A stretch of DNA of 47,025 bases from an uncultured Candidatus Saccharibacteria bacterium (GCA_964356915.1 CAYHJF010000003.1:83579-130603), one strand, 5' to 3'; positions 25,677-36,358 are shown, counted from the stretch's first letter. Numbers and translations are program-made. Notes: generated by a model from the letters alone, not told the origin.

Positions 25677-27026
25677 TTAGGAAAATTCCTTCAATCGTGA
25701 CTTTATTGTACCAATAAATTTATCCATGGGAAGGGTTTCTTGAATTCCCGTTTCCATACTCCGAACTCCGACCGTTCCATCAAGTGCCTCTTTCTGCCCA
25801 AGAATCACTGCGAGTGGAATTTCAAGTTTAGAAACAATGTTGAGTTGTGCGCGAAGCGAATCTTTCGAGAGTGAGTGAGCGATTGGTACGCCAATCTTGC
25901 GGAGCTCTTCCATGAGCACAAGACTTTTCTTCTTCGCCGCAGGACCGAGCTGGATGAGAAAAAGTTTCGGATGCGTCTCGGGTCGTGACTTGATCGATTT
26001 CTTTTTCATGAGTTCGGCAACGCGATCAACACCGAGCGCCCATCCGACAGCCGGAATTTTTCGATTACCGATCAATTCACCTAAATCATCGTACCGACCT
26101 CCTCCTCCAAGTGCGATCTTCGTAAACGTCGCCACCTCTGGCTTTACCCCCTGCTCATCTCCCTCCTCCACAACTTGCGGAGGAGACATAATTTCAAAAA
26201 CCTCGAATACAGTCTTTGAATAATAATCAAAGCCTCTTACAAGGTGTACGTCAAGAAAATATGGAATACCCATCTCATCAAGATATTCGAGCACTTCGGA
26301 AAAATGCTTCTTACAAACCTCACACAAGTGATCCATCATTTGAGGAGCGTCCTTACGAAGCGCAACACACGTCTCTTCTTTACAGTCGAGCAAACGCAAC
26401 GGATTGTCCTTAAACCGTTGTTTGCAATCCTTACATAGTTGATTGAAATGGCGCTTATAGTACGCGAGCAATTCTTTACGAAATGCCGGACGACACACCC
26501 GGTCTCCAAGGCTATTTACATTAATAACAATATCTTTTAAACCAAGTCCCTGTAGTGCTGAAAAAAGCACTCTAATAGAAATAGCATCGTTAATCGCGTC
26601 ATCATCACCAATGATCTCAACGCCGACTTGGCGAAATTCTCGAAATCTCCCTTGCTGAGGAGTTTCATGTCTAAAAAATGAACCCCCGTAAACTAACTTC
26701 ACTGGCTGTGGGAGGGATTGCATGCCATGTTCAAAATATGCGCGCATAACAGACGCCGTTCCCTCAGGACGAAGCGACAACTTATCACCTCCTCGCGTAC
26801 GAAGGTTGTACATCTGCTTTTCTACAACGTCCGACTCCTCACCAAGAGGGCGCTCAAATAACTCTGTTTTTTCAAGATGTGGGGTCGTAATCGGTTGAAA
26901 TCCGTAAAATTCAGCAACACGCCGTACCTCTTTCATCACACGCTCAACATAATGCACATCATCAAACATGATATCGTGCATTCCTTTTACACTCATGACT
27001 GGTTCTTTTTTAATTGGCTTTGCCAT
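25677..27026 (-). CDS. hisS: Histidine--tRNA ligase
   Basis: LRPEGTA, FRHETPQQGRFREFRQ, LVRGFDYY, GGGRYD. Confidence 0.97.
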   Translation of the reverse strand: MAKPIKKEPVMSVKGMHDIMFDDVHYVERVMKEVRRVAEFYGFQPITTPHLEKTELFERPLGEESDVVEKQMYNLRTRGGDKLSLRPEGTASVMRAYFEHGMQSLPQPVKLVYGGSFFRHETPQQGRFREFRQVGVEIIGDDDAINDAISIRVLFSALQGLGLKDIVINVNSLGDRVCRPAFRKELLAYYKRHFNQLCKDCKQRFKDNPLRLLDCKEETCVALRKDAPQMMDHLCEVCKKHFSEVLEYLDEMGIPYFLDVHLVRGFDYYSKTVFEVFEIMSPPQVVEEGDEQGVKPEVATFTKIALGGGGRYDDLGELIGNRKIPAVGWALGVDRVAELMKKKSIKSRPETHPKLFLIQLGPAAKKKSLVLMEELRKIGVPIAHSLSKDSLRAQLNIVSKLEIPLAVILGQKEALDGTVGVRSMETGIQETLPMDKFIGTIKSRLKEFS

Positions 27027-27034
27027 ATGAAAAA

Positions 27035-27628
27035 TTAATTACCTAGAAGCACTGAAATCTTTGAAATTGGCCACATGCGAATAAATGCGCGTCCGACAAT
27101 ATCTACCTTTGGCAATGGCCCCCATGAGCGTGAATCTAAACTATTTGATCTATTGTCTCCCATCATGAAATATTCTCCACTCCCTAATGTTCTTTCCATA
27201 TCTGGAGTAGTCAGCTCTTGATTATCCACGTATGTTTCATTGAGAGATTCAAGAGCTCCTGAAGCGGTACGAATCGCAACACGTCCTCCACTAATGACAA
27301 CGGTCTCACCGGGAAGACCAATAACTCGCTTAATGAAGAACTCTCTGGGATTATTTGGATACCGCATAATAATCACCTCGCCGCGCTTTGGATCAGTAAA
27401 CTGATAAGATAACTCGTCAACAACCAAATATTCACCATCATGATATGTCTGCTCCATCGACTCCCCTCTGACAATAAATGGCTGTGCTACAAAAAAACGA
27501 ATCGGGATTACGATTGCGAGTGAGATGACAACAATTCGCAACGTCTCAAAGATTTCGGAGCGAATCGTTTTTGACTTTTCGTCCGCAACTCCTTGATTTT
27601 CAACGATTTCTTCGTTTTCTGGGAGCAT
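27035..27628 (-). CDS. lepB: Signal peptidase I
   Basis: GESM, IKRVIGLPGE, MGDNRSNSLDSR. Confidence 0.96.
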   Translation of the reverse strand: MLPENEEIVENQGVADEKSKTIRSEIFETLRIVVISLAIVIPIRFFVAQPFIVRGESMEQTYHDGEYLVVDELSYQFTDPKRGEVIIMRYPNNPREFFIKRVIGLPGETVVISGGRVAIRTASGALESLNETYVDNQELTTPDMERTLGSGEYFMMGDNRSNSLDSRSWGPLPKVDIVGRAFIRMWPISKISVLLGN

Positions 27629-27716
27629 AACGTAACCAAATTATATACGAAAAATACCTCCCTCGCAAGCCCCGTGCGCGTGATATAGCAATGAAAAACC
27701 GCTACACTACAAATGC

Positions 27717-28259
27717 ATGAAAACCATCATAGGTCTTGGGAATCCAGGCAAAGAATATACGGGAACGCGCCATAATGTAGGACGCGACCTTGCGCTACGT
27801 ATCGGCACATATTTTGAACTGAGCGATTTTGAAGAAAATAAAAAATACCTCGGACTACTCGCTAAAGGCGAGATTGAAAAAGAAAAGGTAACGATACTCC
27901 TTCCGGATACATTTATGAATAAGTCAGGCAAAGCAATCGCAGCGCTCGCTCCGAAAGCAAAGGGACTGATTGTCCTTCAAGATGACACGGACATCCCGCT
28001 TGGGTCAGTAAAAATTGCCTTTGGAAGAAACTCTGGAGGACACAAAGGAATCGAATCAATCATGCGAACTCTAAAAACAAAAGATTTTTGGCGTATTCGT
28101 ATCGGCGTTCAAAAGAAAAAACGAATAGACGCGATGGACCTTGTACTCAAAAAATTCTCACCTGAAGAACAAAAAATCATTAAAAAAATCGAAAAACGCA
28201 TCCTCGCCATGTTTGAGGCGAGCTTGGACTTGCAGGTAACCACATTCAACGTACTGTAA
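27717..28259 (+). CDS. pth: Peptidyl-tRNA hydrolase
   Basis: IGLGNPGKEYTGTRHNVG, TFMNKSG, SGGHKG, RIRIGV. Confidence 0.95.
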   Translation: MKTIIGLGNPGKEYTGTRHNVGRDLALRIGTYFELSDFEENKKYLGLLAKGEIEKEKVTILLPDTFMNKSGKAIAALAPKAKGLIVLQDDTDIPLGSVKIAFGRNSGGHKGIESIMRTLKTKDFWRIRIGVQKKKRIDAMDLVLKKFSPEEQKIIKKIEKRILAMFEASLDLQVTTFNVL

Positions 28260-28264
28260 GAGGC

Positions 28265-30184
28265 GTGGACGAACTCTTAATCGCCGCTCGTATACCCGAA
28301 TTTGAGAATAAACCTTCTTCGTGGTTCCGTGCGAACACTCACAATATCGATAAAGGAAGAGTACAACACGACTTCTGGGCTCGAAACACGCTCCGACTCT
28401 CAAAACGCTGGCCTCACGGGCTCTCAACACTCGCCGAAAAACTAATCGACCTCGGGTATGAAGCGGTCTCGTGGCCCAATAACAAAGGTGAATTCTCAAT
28501 TCGAGGTGGAGCAATTATCATTTCTCCGATTAACGACCATACGCTCTGGCATGTTGAATTTTTTGGTCAATTAATTGATAGAATCGCAAAACTCTCTGAG
28601 GCAACTCCATCAAATCGCGAACGAAAGCGCTCTTTACACGAATATTTACGAGACGGAGATTATATCGTACATGAAGACCACGGCGTGGGTATCTGGAGAG
28701 GCATCACCGAAGAGCGAGGAACTAAGTATTTTTTAATTGAATATCGTGGGCCAAAACATGGATCCCCCGACACACTCATGGTTCCTCTCACCGAAGAAAA
28801 ACGAGTAACACCCTATATCGGATTTCGCGTTCCTCCTGTTACCCGCCTCGGCACGCCACTATGGGGTAGAACGGTCAAACAAACAAAAGAAGAGACTATC
28901 GTATTTGCTCGCAAACTCCTCGAGCTTTATGCATCGCGCGAAACTATAAAACGGCCTCCTCTCAAACCGGTACCCGAGCTAGAAGAAAGTGTCCAAACAG
29001 GGTTTCCATTTGAAGAAACTCCTTCCCAACGCACAGCGCTTCGTGATATTTGGCATGATTTTTCATCAGATATCCCGATGGATCGAGTTTTAATGGGCGA
29101 CGTTGGATTTGGAAAAACCGAAATCGCTCTTCGCGCCGCAGTACGCGCCGCGGGCAATGGCTTACAGGTAGCAGTCCTTGCTCCGACAACACTTCTTTGT
29201 GACCAACACTATCAAGTCTGGTCACAAAGACTTGCCGCGCTACCTCTCTCAGTAGCGCGCCTCTCTCGACTTGAAAGTGGCATGGAAGAAAAAAAGATTC
29301 TCAAAGACATAAAAGAAGGCCGCGCAGATATCGTCATTGGCACTCATCGAATCCTTTCAAAGGATGTCTCATGGAAACGCCTTGGATTTCTTATTATCGA
29401 TGAGGAACAACGCTTTGGAGTACGTGCCAAAGAATATCTAAAGGAATTGAAAAAAGACGTCGATATCCTCACATTGTCAGCGACACCACTCCCACGCACT
29501 TTCTCGCTCTCCGTCTCGGGGGTAAAGCATATGAGCACCCTCGAGGAACCTCCTGATGGACGTCGTGCAACGCAAACAATCGTCCTACCATTTCAGAAAA
29601 AAATCGTAGAGAGCGCGCTCAACCAAGAGCTATCGCGCAAAGGACAAATCTATGTCCTTGAAAGTCGCATTCGCGCTATCCCGAAAACTATGGAACTACT
29701 TAGTTCCATGATATCCCCCTCCCGCATCGGGTATATCCACGGGCAAATGTCCGAAAAACAACTCGTGGAAACAATGGAAAAATTCCGTGAGAAAAAAATA
29801 GAAATTCTCATCTCTACCACTATTATCGAAAACGGTATCGATCTTGCAGACGTCAACACGCTGGTTGTCATGGACTCGACGCTTTTTGGACTTTCCGAAA
29901 TGCATCAACTTCGTGGCAGAGTTGGACGTGGATCCGCTGAAGCATTTGCGTATTTTCTATACAATCCAAAAAAACTAAAAGATAAAGCTCGCGAACGTCT
30001 CGACATACTCGCCAGTATGCAGTTTCTCGGCTCCGGAAGATTTATCGCGGAAAAAGATATGGAAATGCGTGGCGCAGGAAATATCCTAGGCAAAGAGCAA
30101 TCAGGCGTTGCCCGCGCCGTTGGACTTAACTTATATTCGCAATTTTTAGCGGAAGCGGTAGAGAAATTACGCCGTACGATATAA
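28265..30184 (+). CDS. mfd: Truncated transcription-repair coupling factor (Mfd-like: RID/CarD-like plus SF2 translocase)
   Basis: GDYIVHEDHGVG, GDVGFGKTE, DEEQRFG, LSATPLPRT, QLRGRVGR, RGAGNILG; only 639 aa. Confidence 0.85.
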   Translation: MDELLIAARIPEFENKPSSWFRANTHNIDKGRVQHDFWARNTLRLSKRWPHGLSTLAEKLIDLGYEAVSWPNNKGEFSIRGGAIIISPINDHTLWHVEFFGQLIDRIAKLSEATPSNRERKRSLHEYLRDGDYIVHEDHGVGIWRGITEERGTKYFLIEYRGPKHGSPDTLMVPLTEEKRVTPYIGFRVPPVTRLGTPLWGRTVKQTKEETIVFARKLLELYASRETIKRPPLKPVPELEESVQTGFPFEETPSQRTALRDIWHDFSSDIPMDRVLMGDVGFGKTEIALRAAVRAAGNGLQVAVLAPTTLLCDQHYQVWSQRLAALPLSVARLSRLESGMEEKKILKDIKEGRADIVIGTHRILSKDVSWKRLGFLIIDEEQRFGVRAKEYLKELKKDVDILTLSATPLPRTFSLSVSGVKHMSTLEEPPDGRRATQTIVLPFQKKIVESALNQELSRKGQIYVLESRIRAIPKTMELLSSMISPSRIGYIHGQMSEKQLVETMEKFREKKIEILISTTIIENGIDLADVNTLVVMDSTLFGLSEMHQLRGRVGRGSAEAFAYFLYNPKKLKDKARERLDILASMQFLGSGRFIAEKDMEMRGAGNILGKEQSGVARAVGLNLYSQFLAEAVEKLRRTI

Positions 30185-30418
30185 AATCCTCTGGATACAA
30201 AAAACTAAGAAATACCCTACTAAGAAATACAACAAAACCCCCACGAATAAAGGACCAAGACTATAACTAAAAAAATCTAATCTTTCTAAGGGGTTGAGTA
30301 AGAAATCGCGAGTAGGGCACCCCGTTGAATGTGAGGCACAATTTTGAGTTGCTTCATAGAAAAATTCTATGGCAAATGATAGTCCTAAAAAAATTCTTAT
30401 TAGAGTCTGTTTATTCAT
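30167..30418 (-). CDS. Small hypothetical membrane protein (AT-rich)
   Basis: Two TM segments with a Cys pair in the loop. Confidence 0.55.
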   Translation of the reverse strand: MNKQTLIRIFLGLSFAIEFFYEATQNCASHSTGCPTRDFLLNPLERLDFFSYSLGPLFVGVLLYFLVGYFLVFCIQRILYRTA

Positions 30419-30443
30419 GACAAATTATATTAAAGGAGAAAGC

Positions 30444-30980
30444 TCAGATGTGAGAAATGCTACGTGAAAAAATACTTAAAAATTTATGAAGAATAGCTAT
30501 AAAGATAATAAGTACTACCGGCCAAATGATATAAAATATCATAAAATTACCACCTAATCTGAGAATTTCCTCGATACCTTGATAAAAATACTGAGGAAAT
30601 AATTTTATAGAACATTCTTTCAGAATGAGACAATCATCTATAATACCTTTAATGGGACTTAAAATAAAACGAAAAAAGAAAGTTGTTAAAAAAATAGTTG
30701 TAATAAAACGTAGGAACGATTTTTGAGCATGAATAAAAAAATCTAATAGCCACCACGTTATAATAATTAGCGCCGGACCAATGATTAGGCCCCCAATAAT
30801 ATGCGCTGGTGTAGAAAAAACACTCCAAAACCCCAGTCTGAACGCATAAAAATTATAGTTTTGTATACAGAAAAGAATAGTCTTGTTACAAGCAGCCAAC
30901 GTAATAGCTGCTGGAAAAAATAAAAATATACTAAAAAGATAGGCACAATAGCCAAGAAAAATCTTATAGATCAAATTCAT
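30444..30980 (-). CDS. Hypothetical multi-pass membrane protein (AT-rich)
   Basis: About 4 TM segments; start MNLIY with TAGAAT 7 nt upstream. Confidence 0.6.
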   Translation of the reverse strand: MNLIYKIFLGYCAYLFSIFLFFPAAITLAACNKTILFCIQNYNFYAFRLGFWSVFSTPAHIIGGLIIGPALIIITWWLLDFFIHAQKSFLRFITTIFLTTFFFRFILSPIKGIIDDCLILKECSIKLFPQYFYQGIEEILRLGGNFMIFYIIWPVVLIIFIAILHKFLSIFSRSISHI

Positions 30981-31004
30981 GATTTTTATTCTACACTCAA
31001 CCAA

Positions 31005-31118
31005 CAAAAACATAAAACCCCGCTTTCGCGGGGTTTTATGGCAATGAATGTTCTTGTGGACCGTTCTACATCTCTATAGCGCGGCGGCTCGTGTATATTG
31101 GAGCCATTCATCAGTACG
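31005..31118 (-). ncRNA. Putative small structured RNA with its own promoter and terminator
   Basis: Closing stem TGATGAATG/CATTCATTG, internal GCTC/GAGC and CCG..CTATA/TGTAG..CGG hairpins, then terminator 31011-31040. Confidence 0.45.
31011..31040. terminator. Intrinsic terminator
   Basis: CATAAAACCCCGC-TTTC-GCGGGGTTTTATG. Confidence 0.85.
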
Positions 31119-31124
31119 CTATCC

Positions 31125-31152
31125 ATTATATCATAGGCGATTCATGAGTCAA
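31125..31152 (-). promoter_or_regulatory. Sigma70-type promoter
   Basis: TTGACT, 16 nt spacer, TATAAT, with extended TG. Confidence 0.7.
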
Positions 31153-31176
31153 GGGGCTAGGTCGCGATAACCCACT

Positions 31177-31219
31177 AAAAAACAAAAACTCGTTGCTAGG
31201 CAACGAGTTTTTGTTTTTT
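31177..31219. terminator. Terminator after rpsA
   Basis: AAAAAACAAAAACTCGTTGC-TAG-GCAACGAGTTTTTGTTTTTT. Confidence 0.85.
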
Positions 31220-31231
31220 AGACTATATATA

Positions 31232-32428
31232 TTACTCTTCTTTTTTATCTTCTACTGCGTCTGTTTTTTTCACTTCTTCCTGTTTTGCCTTTTCTTCATT
31301 ACCCAAGAAAGATAGGGAAAGCTTATGTGTCTCTGGTTGAAATACAACGATCTGGAATGGATATGTCTTACCAATATCGATCGTTTCGCGCATCTTCTGC
31401 GCCGTACCGAATTCGGAGATATGAGAAAGGCCGGAAATTCCCTCGTGATCAACAAGTCTTACAAATGCGCCGTAGCGATTGAATTTCATGACGATGCCCT
31501 TGGTAATATCGCCCTTCTCAATCTTTGCGATCTTCCATGGGTCAGGCTTAAGTGCCTTCACTGAAAGGGAAATCTTATCACCCTCGATTTCGATAATCTT
31601 AACGCGTACGGTATCACCAACCTTGTACAAATCTCCGGGATTTTCAACGAGTGTCCAGTCAATTTCAGAGATATGAACGAGACCTTCAAGACCATCTTCC
31701 AATTTTACGAAAATACCGAACTCAACCACGCCTGAAACCTCTCCTTCGTACTCTGTGCCGATCGCGTATTTTGCTAATCGTTCTTTCATTTCATCTGGCT
31801 CTGAACCACGTTCAGTGAAAATAATCTTATCTTCTTTTGGATCAATATTCATGATCTGCAAGGAAAAATCCTGACCGACAAATTTTTGAAGCTCGTCCAA
31901 AATACGAGCCTTGTCTCCCCCTTCTACGCGAGGATAATGTTTCTGCGCTAACTGAGAAACTGGCAAAAAACCTTTGGTTGTCTTCCATTCAAACACAAGA
32001 CCCCCCCGATTTGCCTCGAGCGCACGCAATACGAGCGCTGATTTTTCAGCCATAACCTGTGAAGCTTCTTTCCAAAACTTCTCCCGGCCTGCTTCACGAA
32101 CTGAAAGCTCCACATACCCCTGTTCATTTTCTAATTCAATGATTTTGGAAACCAATTGATCCCCAGAATCCTTTTGCTTTAAAATATCCCTGCCATCCTG
32201 AAACTCCTTTCCATAAATGATACCTGTACCAAAACCAAGGTTTACGAATACTGCCGAACCTTCTTTTGAAATAATGGTTCCTTCGACGATATCGCCAACA
32301 CGTGGAAGCTTCCACTGTGGAATCGCACGAAAAAGAACGTCCATAAGACGCTCCTTGCGGGCATTTTGGTTTAGCTCTTGCTCAGAAGTCATGACGCCGA
32401 GTATAGGCGACTTTTCTGAGGTTGGCAA
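31232..32428 (-). CDS. rpsA: 30S ribosomal protein S1-like (four S1 domains)
   Basis: GDIVEGTI, GFLPVSQL, FGIFVKL..GLEGLVHISEI, YGAFVRL...GLSHISE. Confidence 0.88.
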   Translation of the reverse strand: MPTSEKSPILGVMTSEQELNQNARKERLMDVLFRAIPQWKLPRVGDIVEGTIISKEGSAVFVNLGFGTGIIYGKEFQDGRDILKQKDSGDQLVSKIIELENEQGYVELSVREAGREKFWKEASQVMAEKSALVLRALEANRGGLVFEWKTTKGFLPVSQLAQKHYPRVEGGDKARILDELQKFVGQDFSLQIMNIDPKEDKIIFTERGSEPDEMKERLAKYAIGTEYEGEVSGVVEFGIFVKLEDGLEGLVHISEIDWTLVENPGDLYKVGDTVRVKIIEIEGDKISLSVKALKPDPWKIAKIEKGDITKGIVMKFNRYGAFVRLVDHEGISGLSHISEFGTAQKMRETIDIGKTYPFQIVVFQPETHKLSLSFLGNEEKAKQEEVKKTDAVEDKKEE

Positions 32429-32484
32429 GGGGTCTCAAGCGTTGCCGAGGGCCAAAAGAAAGGCTATACTAAATCCACTTTCAT

Positions 32485-33063
32485 ATGGTTATCTCATATT
32501 ACGGTATTACCTGTTTTAAGCTCCAGGCAGGAGAAACGGTTCTTGCGATTGATCCGTACGGCAAAAATTCAGGTCTCACACCCCCGCGCTTTGAAGCGCA
32601 CGCCGTCCTCCTGTCAGGCAAAAAAAGCTCTCAGGATTTTTCGATAACCGGTGACCCCTTGGTCTGCGCCTCTCCCGGAGAGTTTGAAACAAAAGACATC
32701 GTCATCACAGGGCTTGATACTCCCGAAGGCACTGCATTCTATATTGAATGGGAAGGTTTGCGCATGCTTCATCTTGGAACAATTAAAAACGTATCCTCAG
32801 TAGAATCAATCCTCGAACACATTGACACGATCGATATTCTCTTTGCTCCAGCGGACGGATCATCGAGTGATATGCAAAAAATCATTTCATCGATTGACCC
32901 TCGCATCATTATTCCTATGCAAGGAGAAGGAAAGAAAGGAGCAATTGATACTCTTGTAAAAGAAATTGGCGAAAAACCAGAAAAACTCGATAAGCTTACG
33001 ATTAAGAAAAAAGGACTCCCGGCCGAAGGACAACGACTTATCGTTTTAGATTCACCGCAATAA
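32485..33063 (+). CDS. MBL-fold metallo-hydrolase-like protein (degenerate metal site)
   Basis: ISYYGITCFKL..IDPY, PGEFE, LHLG, IDILFAP, PRIIIPM; several metal-ligand His/Asp residues appear lost. Confidence 0.75.
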   Translation: MVISYYGITCFKLQAGETVLAIDPYGKNSGLTPPRFEAHAVLLSGKKSSQDFSITGDPLVCASPGEFETKDIVITGLDTPEGTAFYIEWEGLRMLHLGTIKNVSSVESILEHIDTIDILFAPADGSSSDMQKIISSIDPRIIIPMQGEGKKGAIDTLVKEIGEKPEKLDKLTIKKKGLPAEGQRLIVLDSPQ

Positions 33064-33068
33064 TCATC

Positions 33069-33329
33069 ATGTCTATCTTGGGTCGCATCGAAAACCTTCA
33101 GCAAGCACCTCCCAGAAAAAAAATGATTGTGCTAACCCTCTCTGTACTTATCATTATGAGTGCTATCATCGGTCTTTGGGTTATGCAGCTCGACTACCAA
33201 TATAAGCGTACGGCCCCAACACAGACACACGAAGCATCCATTACTGAACCGTTCCTCATTATCATGCGATCAACGAGCGAAACGGTACAAAAAGGATTTT
33301 CTGATGGACTACACAGCATTTTTCGATAA
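33069..33329 (+). CDS. Small hypothetical single-TM protein
   Basis: 86 aa with one TM, in the operon before gyrA. Confidence 0.65.
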   Translation: MSILGRIENLQQAPPRKKMIVLTLSVLIIMSAIIGLWVMQLDYQYKRTAPTQTHEASITEPFLIIMRSTSETVQKGFSDGLHSIFR

Positions 33330-33342
33330 TATTTAAGAATTC

Positions 33343-35808
33343 ATGAAATCAAAGGAACCGAAACCAGAGCAAGAAGTAGCACACGTTCAGCTGCGTGATA
33401 TCGCGCGCGAAATGCGCGAATCATATCTCGACTATGCAATGTCGGTTATTGTTACGCGCGCGCTACCTGATGTACGTGATGGACTCAAACCAGTACATCG
33501 TCGCATCCTCTATACAATGCGTGGGATGGGGCTCCGTCATACTACAAAACATCGCAAATCTGCCGCAGTCGTTGGTGACGTACTTGGTAAATATCACCCG
33601 CACGGTGACGCTCCAGTGTACGATGCGCTCGCGCGCATGGCTCAAGATTTTTCTATGCGCTACCCGCTTATTGATGGACAGGGAAACTTTGGATCGATCG
33701 ATGGCGACTCTCCTGCTGCGATGCGTTATACCGAAGCTCGCATGGCCGCGCTCTCTGACGAGCTTCTTCTTGATATCGACAAAGAAACAGTTGATTTTAT
33801 GCCGAACTATGATGGCACCCGAGAAGAGCCAACGGTATTCCCCGCTCGCATCCCCTATCTTCTTCTCAATGGCTCCTTAGGAATTGCAGTTGGTATGGCG
33901 ACCAATATTCCTCCCCATAACCTTACAGAACTCATCAATGCGGCTCTTACGCTTATCGAAAATCCAAAAGCAACGACTGAAGATTTACTTGAACACATCA
34001 AGGGTCCTGACTTTCCTATGGGAGGGATTATTTTCAATAAACAAGATATTCACCAAGCATATTCAACTGGCAAGGGTAGTATTGTAGCCCGCGGAGAAGC
34101 AGAGATCATCGAAAAAGAAACGGGACGCGGACACGCAATTATCATCACCTCCATTCCATATCAGGTAAACAAGGCGGAGATGATTGAAAAAATGGCTGAT
34201 TTGGTACGAGAGAAAAAAATCGATGGCATCAAAGATATTCGCGACGAATCGGATAAAGATGGGCTTCGCGTTGCTATTGAGTTGAAAAATGACGCGTACC
34301 CTCAAAAGGTACTCAATAATCTCTACAAACATACTGATCTCGAAAAAGTATTCCATTTAAATATGCTCGCCCTTGTAGGCGGTATTCAACCTCAAACACT
34401 CTCTCTCAAACACTATTTTGAGGAATTTGTCGCCACTCGCCGAATCATGGTTGATCGACGAACCCGTCACGACCTACGAATCGCCGAGGAACGCGCTCAT
34501 ATTCTTGAAGGACTCAAAAAAGCTCTCGACCACATCGATGAGATCATCAGTACAATCAAAAAATCTAAAGACCGAGAGAGCGCGCACACAAACCTCATGC
34601 AAAAGTTTAAGCTCTCAGAAAGACAATCGACCGCAATTCTTGAAATGCGCCTCCAAACACTCGCTGGGCTTGAACGTAAAAAGATTGAGGATGAACTCGC
34701 AGAAAAACGCGCGATTATTAAAGATTTGAAAGCGATTCTCGCCGACCCTAAGAAACTCTTGGCGGTGATAACAAAAGAACTTATCGAAATTCGTGATAAA
34801 TACGGGGACGAACGACGTACAAAAGTTGTCGCTACAGGCGTGAGCGCAATGGCGACAGAAGATCTTATACCCGAGGAAGAGCAGGTTGTACTAATGACGC
34901 AGGGCGGGTATTTGAAACGTGTACGACCTCAAGAATTTCGTGCTCAACGAAGAGGCGGCAAAGGTACTATTGGTGGTGAATGGAAAGAAGAAGATGTAGT
35001 TTCTCAATTCGCTACCGCAAATACCCACGACTCCCTTTTGTTCTTCTCAAGTCTTGGAAAAGTATACGAGTTACGAGTCTTCGAGATCCCCGAGAGCTCG
35101 CGCACGGCAAAAGGACGCCCCGTCGTCAACTTCCTTCCCCTTGCAGCCGGTGAAGAGATCACTTCTTTCCTTTCAGTACCAAAGAAAACAAAAGGAGAGA
35201 AAGACCAAGCGCTCATCATGACAACCCGCAAAGGAATCGTTAAAAAAACAACATTTAGCTCGTTTGCTGGAGTCCGTAAATCGGGCATCATCGCCATGAA
35301 ACTACAGAAAGGAGATGTACTGGGCTGGGTACGAATTCTAGATCTTGGAGCCGATATCATGCTGTTCTCAAAGAAAGGACAAGCTATCCGTTTTAAAGAG
35401 AAGCAACTGCGCGACATGGGACGTCAGGCTCAGGGTGTACGTGGTATGAGGCTTAAATCGGGCGATGAAATCATCGGCTGCGAAGTAATTGGCAAAGAAA
35501 GAAAAGACGCCGAAGTCTTTGTTGCAAGTACGCTTGGATTTGGTAAACGCAGTAAAGCAAGTGAATTTAAAGCACAATCTCGCGGAGGCTCTGGCGTAAA
35601 GACAATGAACGTCGGAGAAAGCACAGGACCTCTTGTTGCGGCATGCGTACCCGATCCTGCCGCCGAAGAATTTATCGCAATCTCAGCAAAAGGAAAAACA
35701 CTCCGTAGTCATATAAAAGAAATCCCAACACTCAAGCGCGCAACTCGCGGCGTCCGCATTATGCGCTTTGAATCAGGTGACCGCCTCACGAATATCGCAC
35801 TTTTGTAG
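33343..35808 (+). CDS. gyrA: DNA gyrase subunit A
   Basis: [29 protein letters not shown], GyrA box QRRGGKG. Confidence 0.98.
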   Translation: MKSKEPKPEQEVAHVQLRDIAREMRESYLDYAMSVIVTRALPDVRDGLKPVHRRILYTMRGMGLRHTTKHRKSAAVVGDVLGKYHPHGDAPVYDALARMAQDFSMRYPLIDGQGNFGSIDGDSPAAMRYTEARMAALSDELLLDIDKETVDFMPNYDGTREEPTVFPARIPYLLLNGSLGIAVGMATNIPPHNLTELINAALTLIENPKATTEDLLEHIKGPDFPMGGIIFNKQDIHQAYSTGKGSIVARGEAEIIEKETGRGHAIIITSIPYQVNKAEMIEKMADLVREKKIDGIKDIRDESDKDGLRVAIELKNDAYPQKVLNNLYKHTDLEKVFHLNMLALVGGIQPQTLSLKHYFEEFVATRRIMVDRRTRHDLRIAEERAHILEGLKKALDHIDEIISTIKKSKDRESAHTNLMQKFKLSERQSTAILEMRLQTLAGLERKKIEDELAEKRAIIKDLKAILADPKKLLAVITKELIEIRDKYGDERRTKVVATGVSAMATEDLIPEEEQVVLMTQGGYLKRVRPQEFRAQRRGGKGTIGGEWKEEDVVSQFATANTHDSLLFFSSLGKVYELRVFEIPESSRTAKGRPVVNFLPLAAGEEITSFLSVPKKTKGEKDQALIMTTRKGIVKKTTFSSFAGVRKSGIIAMKLQKGDVLGWVRILDLGADIMLFSKKGQAIRFKEKQLRDMGRQAQGVRGMRLKSGDEIIGCEVIGKERKDAEVFVASTLGFGKRSKASEFKAQSRGGSGVKTMNVGESTGPLVAACVPDPAAEEFIAISAKGKTLRSHIKEIPTLKRATRGVRIMRFESGDRLTNIALL

Positions 35809-35821
35809 TACAATGGAAGCC

Positions 35822-36358
35822 ATGAAAGGCTTCTCGAATCCGGAAGAAGTAGTTGAACATCTTAATTTATATGGGGCAATGAAAATTGCTGACTTTGGTG
35901 CACATGCGGGATTTTGGGCACTTCCACTCGCTCGACATATTACATCAGAGGGAGTTGTCTACGCGCTCGATGTTCAACGAGAACCCCTCCGGCTCCTCGC
36001 TAAACGTGCGGGTGAAGCAAATCTCCACAACATTCGAGTTATGCACGCTGATCTTGAGCGGTCTGAGGGTAGTAAACTCAAAACAGATTCTATAGATCTC
36101 GTACTCGTGGCTCATATTCTTTTTCAAGTCAGTGAAAAAATGCATATACTAAAGGAAGCGCATCGGATTCTAAAAAAAGGTGCTCGCATTGTACTTGTGG
36201 AATGGGATACTGTTGAACCGCGCCCAATTGGGCCCGCACGTGAACATCGAATTGATAAAAAAGAGTTGGAACGTTTGCTTATCGAGGCTCAATTCGAGAA
36301 TATTTCCCACTTCAATCTTAGCAATCATCATTACGGTATTATCGCTCACAAAAAATGA
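35822..36358 (+). CDS. Class I SAM-dependent methyltransferase
   Basis: IADFGAHAG, VYALDV, EAHRILKKG; start MKGF with TACAAT 7 nt upstream (35813 is an alternative). Confidence 0.85.
   Translation: MKGFSNPEEVVEHLNLYGAMKIADFGAHAGFWALPLARHITSEGVVYALDVQREPLRLLAKRAGEANLHNIRVMHADLERSEGSKLKTDSIDLVLVAHILFQVSEKMHILKEAHRILKKGARIVLVEWDTVEPRPIGPAREHRIDKKELERLLIEAQFENISHFNLSNHHYGIIAHKK

Noticed and set aside
31080-31115. CTGATGA on the minus strand suggesting a hammerhead ribozyme
   Set aside because: No GAAA follows a stem II; the only nearby GAAA is the terminator loop, and stems I/III cannot be built.
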